From Takakia lepidozioides (taxonomy: Eukaryota > Plantae > Bryophyta), in contig CM060731.1 in the NCBI GenBank assembly GCA_030704615.1, positions 20,336,001 to 20,400,000 of the forward strand: 64,000 nucleotides of DNA. Direction: 5' to 3'. The notes beneath the pieces were generated by a model. That model worked only from the letters and a program-made list of their open reading frames with translations, was not told where the DNA came from and did no database searches. The position numbers and the translations under genes were made by a program. This document shows positions 50,601-61,600 of the stretch, piece by piece. Numbering within the stretch: the first letter of the stretch is position 1; every line of letters begins with the position of its first letter.

Positions 50601-50963
50601 CAAACATGTTGATGAGGGTGTTGAGTACAAGGAGATTTGGTTTGTATCCACTTTGAATAATGTGGGCATGCACCTGCTTTCCCTCTGCTAGGCGTTTCAT
50701 TTTGATGCACGTCTTTAAGAGACATACATAAGTATTGGGGTCAGCCAAAATGCTTCCTTGGTTCAAAATGTGAATCGAATCTTTCAGTTGTCCTGCCTTA
50801 CATCGTGTCCTCACATCCCCACAAAATTCAGAAGAGTTCTTGTGGACTTCCTCTCTTGTTCCTCTTTGAAAAGCAGTGGCTAGGGTTGAGATGCCTGATT
50901 TGAACAACTGAGACCGATTCAACCCTGCCATCCTGCATGACTCAAAACTCTTCATGAGGAGAG
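47692..50963 (-). repeat. Inverted segmental duplicate: 48014-50963 matches 22799-25749; 47692-48025 matches ~31456-31722
   Basis: Near-identical translated ORFs and flanks, including the shared DYW debris and GAAAAGACATTTAAGCTGGCATGACGTTG. Confidence 0.9.
48394..50955 (-). CDS. PLS-PPR-E protein (gene 4), intact ORF, no DYW
   Basis: Open frame paralogous to gene 2 without its stop; first ATG at 50955; ends MMMEMDRCHKS. Confidence 0.85.
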   Translation of the reverse strand: MKSFESCRMAGLNRSQLFKSGISTLATAFQRGTREEVHKNSSEFCGDVRTRCKAGQLKDSIHILNQGSILADPNTYVCLLKTCIKMKRLAEGKQVHAHIIQSGYKPNLLVLNTLINMFAKCGSVVDARLVFDKMLERDMLTWNTMIAGYAKHGCSREALEIYKLMILKGVKPDRVTFISVLGVYASLEALGKGIEVHHDILKARIAPDIILTTALVGMYAKCGSIEYARQVFDSMTQRNMVSWSVMIAGYAQHGCGREALEIYEQMIREGVTRTQVTFVCILKACASLAALEKGKEIHADIIETGIQPNIILKNTLLSMYAKCGSMKNALRVFDKIAERDVVTWSIMITGYVQQGCGREALETYEEMVREGVAPDKVTFICIVNACASLANLEKGKEIHGNIIKAGIGPDIILETALVDMYAKCGNVKDAQQVFDNMSHRNVVSWNTLITGYAHHGCCGQALQLFEQMEQEGMKPNLVSWSTMIAGYAQHGFGTEALVMYERMVRKGVTPDKVTFISVLNACASLAALEKGKEVHADIVKAGFPLDVIVETALVAMYAKCRSMKDACQVFNNIVECNVVSWSAMIAGYAQHGCGKEALQLYDQMIGKGVKPDKITFISVLNACASLAALEKGKEVHADILKAGIRSYTILENALVNMYAKCGSLMDAHQVFDSMDQRDVVSWSVMIAGYGQHGCGREALQLFEVMAQEGLKPSSITFTCLLSACSHVGLVDEGKHYFDSMSRDHGLTPKVQHITGMVDLLGRAGHMEEAEEFINKMPIEPAAAAVVWGTLLAACRTHGNVEVAERVAECLLKWDAQDAATYVLLSDIYSAAGGWEDTAKVGKMMMEMDRCHKS

Positions 50964-52210
50964 AAAAACCTAAAAAAAAGGTCTTCTGCTCCTGCTGCTG
51001 TGCTTCATTTGGGCCTTCTTTGAGCACCTGCACCACATTGGTTGCACCATGAGTAATCAACTCAGTCAGGTCACACTCTACAAATACAGTTCATCTACCT
51101 CCAAATTGATCGGTATTAAATCATCTCTTGCGTTTTCAAGCTGTCGTAGTGAGATAGTTTGGTGTGACCCTCCTTTTGTGAATTTCCATGCTAACCCCTC
51201 AACCCTAATCTCCTTGGATTTTAGAGACCGACAAAAACTGCTCTCTTGTATACACTAAGATCAGCACATGACACCATAGAAAGAGGGAGAGGGGCCGCAG
51301 TATAAACTACTCACGTTAGAAGCCAAATCCAGATGACTACAGTTAAACAGCATGTGAAGTAGAGGAGGGGCCATTGTTATCTAGGTGAGATACTAACTGA
51401 ACTTCAGACAAAGAGGGTAATCAACAGGAAGGTAAAAGGTGAGTGTCAACAAGGAACATCGAGGTTACCTCAACATGCAGCCGCACTAGGAGCTTCAAAT
51501 CTTCTGCTACTACCATTTTAGTTTCTTTCTCCTGCTCTGCCGATCTACCGTCTGCTAGCGATGGCAATTTCTGATCCCCCCCTGTACAGAAGCTGATGGG
51601 GTACTTAAGGTGCACCATTTTGGAGACCACTCACATGTCTCACTAAACCCATCAACAGGCTTGTTAAGGCCATCTAGCACACAAACAGTCTTGTCCCTTG
51701 CATCAATTAAGCCTCATGAGTCATTTCCATGTACCATCAACCCCCCCAAGAAACAAAAACTCTTCTGGTATGCTCTTTTGGTATTGGGAATGTGTATGAG
51801 CCCTGAAGGATGATTTCAAGCTCTTCTCAGCCAGGTGAGTTCCTCTGTGGCCTTATCAGTAAGACAGTGCACCATGATAAGAAATAAATAAACATCAATT
51901 TACAGCCATTCCTCGCATCTTCAAGTCTCCAGCCTTATTCATTGCACACAAAGAGACCAGAGGACATGAGAAGTTCCAGCTTGACTAGCTACAATATCTT
52001 TCTTGGCCACGTCTTCCAAAGTACATTCTGAGGTAAGCTAAAATCCATCTCAGGGGATCCCAATGTCATTAGACAATTGAAACTGTTCTCAGGATGGCGG
52101 CTTTCCGTTCTCTCATCTCAGTGGAATTCAGAAAATAAAAAAGAATAGCCAGATTTCAGTCCGCATTCAGCTAATCTGTCTTTCAAGGAAAAAACGAATT
52201 CTGTTCCTCA

Positions 52211-52825
52211 TCATAGCGTCCTTTCACCTTCCAAATCACGTGAATCATTTTCACTTTCTGAATCTGATACTTCATTTATACTCATAGCGTGCAACCTATT
52301 GCAATTGGCCTCCAAAGGGGGTAAACCGTCATCGTCCTCACTTGTACTATCCTCATCACTAGCCCCACTACTTTGAACAATATTTACAAGCGATCCACTA
52401 CCTTCGGTCTTTAGCGTCCCATCATGTGCCTCGCTGAGGCCAACACTTTCTGGAAGCTCAGCCCTCGCTGATCGAGAATCATTCGCATTTTCTTGAAAAG
52501 CTGAAGGCCAGAATGAGGTTTTACGCAGTGCACGTGTTTGTTCCTCCAAAAGCACTCTGGATATAGTCCCTGTCACCTTACTTCCATCTTCAACCGCCTT
52601 TTCTCGATCAACCTCGTCGACCAACACAAAGTTGCCTCTCTTAATCCAGATGGTTTTCTGGAACTTGGCAGGAAGCAAACACAAGGTCTTACCTCCCTCC
52701 TTATTCTCAGCTTCTATAAGATTGGAGCCTCTCAGCCCAATGACGCGCATAACGACATGACCCAGCTCAGGCTCCGTGATCCCTCCCAAAGCATTTTTCT
52801 TCAGATTCTTCCTTCCTCCTCCCAT
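52211..52825 (-). CDS. EIF1AD: Probable RNA-binding protein EIF1AD (eIF1A-like S1 domain), intronless
   Basis: MGGGRKNLK...LRGSNLIEAE...TLCLLPAKFQKTIWIKRGNFVLV...DGLPPLEANCNR. Confidence 0.9.
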   Translation of the reverse strand: MGGGRKNLKKNALGGITEPELGHVVMRVIGLRGSNLIEAENKEGGKTLCLLPAKFQKTIWIKRGNFVLVDEVDREKAVEDGSKVTGTISRVLLEEQTRALRKTSFWPSAFQENANDSRSARAELPESVGLSEAHDGTLKTEGSGSLVNIVQSSGASDEDSTSEDDDGLPPLEANCNRLHAMSINEVSDSESENDSRDLEGERTL

Positions 52826-53076
52826 ATCTGCACCTCTGCTCTGCTGTTGCTACTTCTATGCCATGAGGCAGCGTCCAACACTCGCTCCCATGGACCTGCA
52901 ATCCATCTTCTTCACCTCCTCCCCCTCTCTCTCGCAGTCTCCAAACCCTAATCCTGCATCGCAGACCTCGTACGAAATTTACTGGATGAACAACAGAGAA
53001 CTGTCCATCCCCTGTGGTCATTCATCCATCGCAGCTTTTCTAGATAAACATATTCTTACTTATTTTAACAGAAAAC

Positions 53077-53286
53077 TTTTTTTTTTTTTATAAAAGGGAA
53101 ACACCTGGGAGCGACGGCTCACAAATCAGGCCCCTTAATAGTGAGAGGAGAAAATAACCTCTTTCACAGTAACCTGCCATGAATGGGGCACCTCCCAGGA
53201 ACCATACCACACCCGTCAGTAGCAAGATTTGACCCCAGAATCATCTGGGTGGCACTCAGTGCACTTAACCAACTGAGCTACTGACT
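53077..53286 (-). mobile_element. tRNA-derived SINE
   Basis: Minus strand: A box TAGCTCAGTTGG and B-box-like GGGTCAAATC inside a tRNA-like head (GTCAGTAGC...GCTACTGAC), then a ~125-nt body and an A13 tail (53077-53089). Confidence 0.75.
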
Positions 53287-53855
53287 GTTGGTTAAAAATT
53301 TCAACCTGAAAAAGGTTGTCACGAATGATGACCGGATGTACTCTCATCCATTTGTTTTCTTTTTATTTTATTTTGTTTTTTGTTTTTTAATAAAAAGTTT
53401 TAATTTTAAGCAGTTGATTATTCATTATTCGACGTATCAGATCAGAATAATATCAATCGCTCTGTATCACCACTCGATTCAAAATTACTTTTCCCGCCAA
53501 CAATCCATCCCTATCTTTTATGAAAGTGAATGGGCTTATCACTGTCTTTTACAGGGAAGTTGACAGAGTGACCTGGGCTTGAGGCATTCCCTATTACATC
53601 GACCTTCCTTTACGCTCAGTGGAAACAGGATTGCTGGAGCTATCAGATCCACTTTTGGCCAATGAGTATGCCTTCTGCTGGAAGGGATTAAAACCCACGG
53701 CTTGGAAGGTCTTGGGTACTATCCAGTTCCCCATCCTCTCTCCGGTTATGTAGCCAAGAAACAGCACATTGCAATGGCATTTGGCTAACCTTGTTCGGAA
53801 TATGCCCACTTTTGAGCTATGCTACAGTTCAAGGCTTTTTGCCAGTCAACATGAA

Positions 53856-56800
53856 TCAACCTGAAGGCTTTTCTGCTAAGCCCCTTGACGTGGGTGCCAA
53901 TACAGGTAAGCCCAGGCGTGACCGTTCTGCAGAATTGCTTGGAGAAGCTGTTCCATTCACAATGAGGCGTGGCACTAGCCGCCGTACCATGTCAATGGGG
54001 ATGGCAAAGTTTACTCCTGATGACATCCCTGACCCTGCAATGTGATGAACCATTTACTGGTAAGTTGTGAGAGTGATACATGCCGTGTCCACAAACAACC
54101 ACCAGTTAGCTCTCCCCTCACAGACTTCAGAATAAAGGAAAAAGGAAAGGAAGTTGAACATACAGCAATTTACAGAGCACACAGCTGTACATCACGGGGC
54201 TGATAGACACAGAAAGAGAGAAAAAAAGACATCCCCAGTATGTATGTGCTGATTAGCCTTGAATGGGTCCTGGCTGTTGTCCCCTCACAATATCAGAGAA
54301 GTTGGTTACATTAACCACTTCTTTGCGCTTGGCTGGCAGTGGCAGTTGTCATCTCTTCACCCCTTACTGTGAGAGAGAATGCGCAAGGCGAAGTGGCTCT
54401 TAGTTACGCCAGCTTTGGGCAGAGTCTTCTCTCTCTCTCTCTCTCTGGGAGAGAATGTATTCATAAGATCTTTACCATAGCCTTGTGGCTATAGACCCCA
54501 CACCCAGTTTGCGCCGAGCAAGAGGGAACAGACACTACCTTTGTGAGGGGCTCACTCCGGTAGTGGGACTTACCTTGATATAAACAATTAGTTTGGGCAT
54601 TCCAGATATCCTCTAGAAAGCCCTTCACAGAAGCATCAATCTGCTGTGTGTGAGCTGCCCAGCAACTAGACCCCAAGAGGGCCAGGGCTTTAGGCTCAGC
54701 CCCAAGATTTTCTGTGAGAGAGAGACAGACTCTGTGGATGTCTCCATTATCTTGGTTTGCCATAGAATTTTGGCAGTAGACCCTCCCCCCGGTCTAGACA
54801 AGGCCACAAAGTGGGTAAAGGTTGGGAAAATGGAGACGAGCGGGATCAGACTCAGTACCATTGCTGCAGGTCTGCTACAGTTCTGGGACTTTCCTTGAAA
54901 CACATACACGATGAACAACATTTCGGCAACTTTCAAGGTTTAGCCAAAGTAATGGAAGAGGGGCACCTGCACGGGTGAAAGTGGCAGTGTTGACACCAAC
55001 GATACGACCAAAAGAATCAAGTAACGGACCCCCTGAGTTTCCTGCAGATCAGTTGCAAGCATCAGTACAGTAATTCACTAAAAAAGACACTGGTAATGTT
55101 TTGCTTACCCAGACAATCCACAGAGAGGTAGTACCTTCAGGTCTCAACTGGCTAAACTTCTACCACAGCAAAGTTCAGTACCTACCTTCTGAAAAAATTT
55201 CATTATGATGCCATGTGCTTTCACTTATCCTTTAATTGTCTTCTTTCTTTCAGAGACTACGGACCTGGACTACAGGAGGGATGTATGTCTTGCAAGAGGG
55301 AGTATGTCTGGTTAAAGGCATACCAGCGTTTATGGCAGCATCCGTCTGAATAGCCCCAGGTATTGGCTTCCCAGCTGGTGATGGGATTTCCCTTCCTAGT
55401 CCACTCACCACCTGCCATTATTTTCCTGCGGTCAGCATTATCTCAAACCAACGGGTGATATCTCTCTCTAGGAGATAGGCAGAACAGGGCAAAGAGCGAG
55501 GACAAAGAGATGTACTCCTTAGATTTCACTTGCAGTAGGAGAGGCAGGGAGAGACCATACCCCCGCTGTGAGGGTGTGATCAAACCCATAAGGGTTGCCG
55601 ATGGCATAACAGTTCTGTCCCACTCGAAGGTCCTCAGAGGTGCCTACTGGAATAGGGGCCAGCCTGTCCGCCGGAGCATCAATCTCAACAACCCAACTCC
55701 CTGTATCCATCAGCTCTCAATGCCGAATTTCTTTATCAAGCAGGGTCTACAACTGCTTAGCCATGCCAGCCAATCCACAGAACACACGTTTCATAATCCA
55801 AACCTCTCAAACAACACAGACTTTGCTTCCACACGACACACGACTTTGTGAACATATAACATTTGTGAACCAACCATATAAATGTACTGTAGAATACCTT
55901 GAGAACTGCAAGATCACGAGTAGAGTCCAGGCCAATCAGGCGGGCTTCATGCACTGTCACTCTCCCATCAATTCCTAATAGAGACACCTATAACAGCCCA
56001 CAGGTCTCTGCCATATTATATATACAGCATAAGGTTACAATGAGAAAGGTTTTTTAGAATCTGGGGGAGGAAGGAAAAGAATGGAAAAGGTCAAACATCG
56101 TTCACACCAAAGTCTAATGCTTACGTCACCACAGACGTCACCAGTAGCCTAGTGGGAGCATTGAGGACAACTTGCTGTTCATGTTCAGTTTCCAACAACT
56201 CAAAACCTAAGATGCATTGACATCAACCATATTACCTGTGCCTTTTGGCGACCTGAAGAATCCATGGCAAACTTGGCCACCACATGATAGTTTGTCACCT
56301 ACCCTTCACCAATCACATCATGCAAAGTTAGCCCATTAGTCAAAGTAAACGTATCACAAATTTGGAAAATTTTCAAATCACCTCATATTAGCAACCTATG
56401 CTTGCAACCACACTTACTCAAGAACAAGAAATAAATAGCACTCTGAGAATACCAAGATAGAAATATCAGGAAACACAGGCCAGTTTCAACAACCACGACG
56501 TCTGACAGCAAGCAGGAAGACACTCACGATGTGGCCAAACTTGTCCCAGATAAAGCCCGATCCAACACCTTCCACTTTCTCTGCCTCCACTTTGCTTCGA
56601 AGAACCTCCACATTTTGGATTGACACAACTGACCTTGTTGCTTGCTGCACTTTTTCAACCAAGTGCACGCAGGTTGCTTAAGATGTGCCCATTGCCCGAA
56701 ATCTACTCATTAATCAGCTTTGCCAATTCTCTTAAGATTCTGCAAATGCATGATTACCTGAAAAGACCATGAACGATGAACAGCCTGAACATTATTCACT

Positions 56801-57553
56801 CGCCTAAACCAGCAACATCACAGATTTACCTTAAGCTCTCTATTTTTGAGCACATATGCAAGTAGCATTGTGTTGCATCTACATGCATAGATGGTGCAGC
56901 AGTGGTGGAACTGAAAAGGAAAGATCCAAGGATAGCCAAATCCAGTACAATTCAACTAATCTGATCAGAACATTCCAATTGGGGCAGATAAAGGCAAATC
57001 ACTGCAAACAATTTCGGGAAAAGTTGGAAAAACTACATTCGTGCTTGTGAATCTCAATCTGTCCTGCAAGAACAAAACTGTTCCAAAAGTCTCCAGCAGA
57101 CTGATCTCAGAATCTTCCCCTTACAAAACACAGTAGGGCCAACTCAAAGGGAAGGTGATTTATTGTGAGAAACGAAAAAAATTCCTTTCCTAGTAACAGC
57201 AGCACACAACCAAAATGACATTGACAAACCTCAAACAGGTGGACCAAGCCGGCCTCCTCCTCGTCAAACTCATCCCGCTCAGCCGTTGGAAGCTCAAAAG
57301 CATGAATAACCGGAACTTGAAGAAGAAAAGGTGTAGATGAGAGGCCAAGAACTGCGGCACGCCGGCCATAGGGACGCAAGCCGGCCACAGCCAGTGTGCG
57401 CCTCAAGGAGCACCTTCCTCGACGAAAACCCCTACAAAAACAGGACGCAGATAGCGGAAAACTTGGAGAGCTTAAAAATCCGTTCAAAGCCCAGCGACCA
57501 GTAGAGACGAAGGATGACGAGGCTCGAGACGTCATCTCTACCACCAGCTCCAT
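53856..57553 (-). CDS. DEG5: Protease Do-like 5 (thylakoid lumen DegP/HtrA without PDZ), ~8 exons
   Basis: EGVGSGFIWDKFGHIV|TNYHVV, RDLAVLK, LRVGQNCYAIGNPYGFDHTLTAG, QTDAAINAG|NSGGPLLDS, SSGVNFAIPID. No PDZ domain; RR lumenal signal present. Confidence 0.9.
54425..54650 (-). repeat. Second copy of the dispersed repeat, in a DEG5 intron, followed by a (GA)n tail
   Basis: QQIDASVKGFLEDIW...TGCGVYSHKAM versus QQIDACVKGFLEVIW...TGRGVNGHKAT at 42163; (CT)n at ~54428-54446. Confidence 0.7.
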
Positions 57554-58630
57554 CGCTTCGAGGCACCTGCCCTCACCGAGATGAGAGAGAAGGACTCCCA
57601 CACCTACCCCGAACCTACACCGAACCTCATCCAGATCACTTACACATATCCCGAACCACACCCCCCCAAACCAACAACATTCCGAATCTAATTCAGCCCC
57701 TTTCGAACCTGATTCCGAGCCATCAACTCTGTCGGACGAAATCTTGAACAGAATCGTCAACGACATATTCGATCACCGTCGGAGTCGGACATTCCAAAAA
57801 ATAGATATCTAGATACAGCTGGACGAAGTCTGTAAAAGCATATTCTAATATCCCTATACACTCTGTTAAGCCACCGCAACTCGGTACTCAGCGTACAAAG
57901 TATAGCACCTTTATTTTCAAATTGCGCCAATTGGATTGAATAATTCAAACTGCGAAAAGGTCGGATCACAGTACCAGTTTTCTGGGGATATTTGGTGATA
58001 TTTTGGTGTGGAAAGGCGTGCGAGAGTTTGAACATGCGACCGCGCCCAGCACAGTCGGAGCACGATGCCCTCTTCTCGCTCGGCTTGCTCTCTTCTTCCC
58101 TCCCATTTTTTTTCTGTGGAGAGCACAGATCGGTGGTGCTTCCACGAGCTTGCTTCGTGCTCGACAGTGTTATTAGGTCAACAATTCTTCTTCTGAGATC
58201 TCTCGTTTTCGTTTTTCTGACGGGAATTAAAGATCCAGCTCTAGTGACTCTTGGTTCTGCTGTGTGTGAGTTTCGATAAGGATCGAGTCCGTTGAGGAGG
58301 AGTATCGTGGGATCCAGGATCTGTTGCGTGGTTTCTGGCAGGAGGGGAAGACTCTGGAAGGTGGGCCGTAACTTTCTGGATGAATGAGGGAAAGTGATCA
58401 GAGAGGAATCCTGAAGTTATTCAGGGTTTTCTCATATAGTGTGACATAGAGAAAATTGGAAGAGACGCATTTGCCTGATCCACCCGAGCAAGATGTTATT
58501 AGGTTTAGGTGGAGTTTAAGTGGAGGGAGGGCGTGAGAGAGACCGAGGAGCGGAGCTAGGGCGTGTTATCCCATCAAGCCAGTGGTGCGGGAGGGTCAGA
58601 GGGGCGAGAGAGACGGGTGAGGAGTCAGAG

Positions 58631-61600
58631 ATGGCTGAAAAAGATGCCCAGGAGGTGATATCAACTACACCCTCGATTGGGCGTCGGGACCCGTATGAAG
58701 TTCTTGGGGTGCCACGGGATGCGACTGACCAGCAAATCAAAAGCGCTTATCGAAAGCTGGCTTTGAAGTATGTCGCTCTTGCATCTGGCTGTTTGATTAG
58801 CGATGCTATTATGGGTGCTGGAATTGAATGATTCGTGTGATTTGAGAGTGCGAGTTATAGAGAACGTCTTGAGACTTTTGGATATGGATCAGCGGCCTGT
58901 GAGTGGGTAGGTTTGTCGTTCACTATTTCTGTCTATTGTAATTCTAAAAGTAGTTCTCTCTGTCCCTTCTCTCTCCTGGTTATTTTGGGCGTGTCGGCTA
59001 TGGAGACCCCTTGCATATCCTTCGTAGCTTGCGGACTGTAAGGGAACGCATTGAGGCCGAAAAAATTTGTAACTTAACGAATTTTGGCGCTTGATTGTAG
59101 GTGGCCGTCGGGAAGTGTGGTCATTAGTTCAGTTGTTTAAGTCTTCGTTTTCTGCTAGTGGAAGAGGCCTGTAATTCAGACTGGTATGCTACTCCTGAGA
59201 CGATGATTCAGAAGAGGCTTGTCAAAAGCTTGCAGCTATACCTCTGTACCTTATAGTGGGCGCATGGTAGGGTAGTGTGAGCTGAGTCCTGTATGGGAGG
59301 ATTTCACAGTACAAAGTTTTATGTGGGGAACAGAAACTTCTTTTCCAGGCAGGGGAAGGGACATACTGACAGAAGATTACCAAGTTACAGTTAGGGGTCG
59401 TATTTTCTGAGTTAATGATGATTGCATTGGAAGAATAGTTGATCTGGTGCAAATTGTGCATATGGAATGATTGTGGCAAGGGCTTGATTTAGCAGCTTCG
59501 GAGCTGGAGGGTTTTATTCTAGGCATGCACATTTGTCGTTCCCTACTGGGTGCTGATAGAATGGAGTTTTCTCATTTAAAACAGTCAAAGATGCTTTCTG
59601 ATTTTTGTTGATGTTGCCATGTTCCTTTAGCTGCTGCTTTGTCTCATGTTGCATATGGATGCTTCTTACTTCTTACAGATGCTCTCTTATTTCTTGTTGT
59701 TTCTTTTCTTGAGGTTTTGTCCTGGTGCCTTTGTTTCCTCTCAAATGCTCTTCTTTACCTTGGATGTGGCTATCTTATGCTCACCTCTCAAACATGAGTT
59801 CAAAGTATACTACTCTCTCACATGTATGTTATGGATGGTGGCATTGATTGGCCAGGTATCACCCAGACAAGAACACCAGTAGCCCTGATGCTGCAGAGAA
59901 GTTCAAGGAGGTTGCCTATTCTTATGGTATACTTTCCGACCCAGAAAAGCGGCGGCAGTATGATGCCGCAGGGTTTGAGGTAATTCAGCTCTTATTCCAG
60001 TTTGCAGAGAGTTATTTCCATTCCAGGTAGTGGTGTTTTCCAGGCCTGCAGCCTTAAGAGACTGTAGTCCTGCAAAATTCTGACAGATAGCACGTGAGTC
60101 CCCGAGTAGAAAGAAGAAATGGAAGAATTAACATCTTTGGCTGCAGGCAGTTGATTTGGATGGGTTGGACATGGAGCTGGACCTTTCAAATCTGGGGACT
60201 GTGAATACCATGTTTGCTGCACTGTTCAGGTATGTTCTAGGAGTGGGCTTGTGACACTAGGCATGAGGGGTGCAGTCTGCTGTCGTATGTTATGTGTACT
60301 GGACGTAACAACTGTTTGCGTGATGGTAGTTGCCAAATGGTGTTAAATGTAGCAATTCTTAATCTATTACCTAATGGTTTGTCTCAAATGTTGCTTTTTG
60401 AAAACATGTGTTCTGAAATGCAGTGTTTTTACATATTTGTGGTTTGGGGTTTCACCTGCAGCAAGTTGGGCGTGCCAATCAAAACAACAATTTCGGCCAG
60501 TGTGTTAGAAGATGCACTAAATGGAACGGTTACAATAAGACCGCTTCCCTTGGGACGGCCTGTCAACGACAAGGTGGGTCTTACATGGTGGACCGTTGTT
60601 CAAGCTCTTAAGGACAAGACATATGGACAAAATGTTTATTTGAACCTCTAGTCTTTGTTTAACCATGCAGACAGCAACTCTGGGTTTTGCTCTGCAATGG
60701 CTAAGTAGGTGGCATGAATCACATGTCCATATCCTTAGTGGGCAGTTTGTAGCGACTCAGCCAGAGTTTGGATTCAGGGAAATGGTGAATATATCATGTA
60801 GTTAAGTCAGTTAACCATGTTTGTGCACACAGTAGGGATTTTGTTCCCATGTGCCTCCTTAGTACATCGTAGAATGGAACGGTGGGTTGTTTGGAAGTGA
60901 TTAAGAGTTCTGCTTCTTTGTTGGAGTGTGTTGGTGAAACAGTTGTTTTGTCTGATTGCAGTGCTCAGTAATAGCAACTTACAGTGCTATTGAACATTGC
61001 AGGTGGAGAAGCAGGGGGCACATTTTTTTGGTATCACCATTTCAGAGGTGCAAGCAGAGGCTGGTGTTGTGGTCCGTGTGACATCAGCTGCTCAAAGCAA
61101 ATTTAAGGTATAACGATCGATACACGTAGCTGACCTTTGCAGCCCTCCTTGTTATTGGTGCTACCAACAGCTTGCAGCTACACAAACTGCTTTGGGTTAC
61201 CCTGTAACTTCATATTTGGACTTCTAATGTCTGTTAATTGTGAGACTTGAGGTAAAAAAATTCCTGACGGTTATGCTTTGTTGAGTTATAGTAGACCATA
61301 ACTTACAATGGAAAGCCGAAACCTGGGTTGGGTCTCCCATTCATGAAGGGCTTCCCAGTGACCACATTAATGAGCTCCCCATTTGTGGTCACTAGATTGC
61401 ACCTCCCTTACCTATCTATCGAGGGGTCATTACTTTTTGCATGCCATGGGATCCGGTATTCCTCTGCTTTCCTTTGTCCATAGTGTAGCGTCTAAGACGT
61501 TTAGAATGGTGATGGCTGGGATCAAATGAGTGTCTGCATATTACAGTTGGTTGCTGCCTACCTCGTAATTACTTCTGAACTAGAAGTTGTGAAGAGTTCT

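Noticed and set aside
53215-53286. Functional tRNA gene
   Set aside because: The T-loop lacks GTTC, the cloverleaf is imperfect, and a body plus poly(A) follows, which fits a SINE better.
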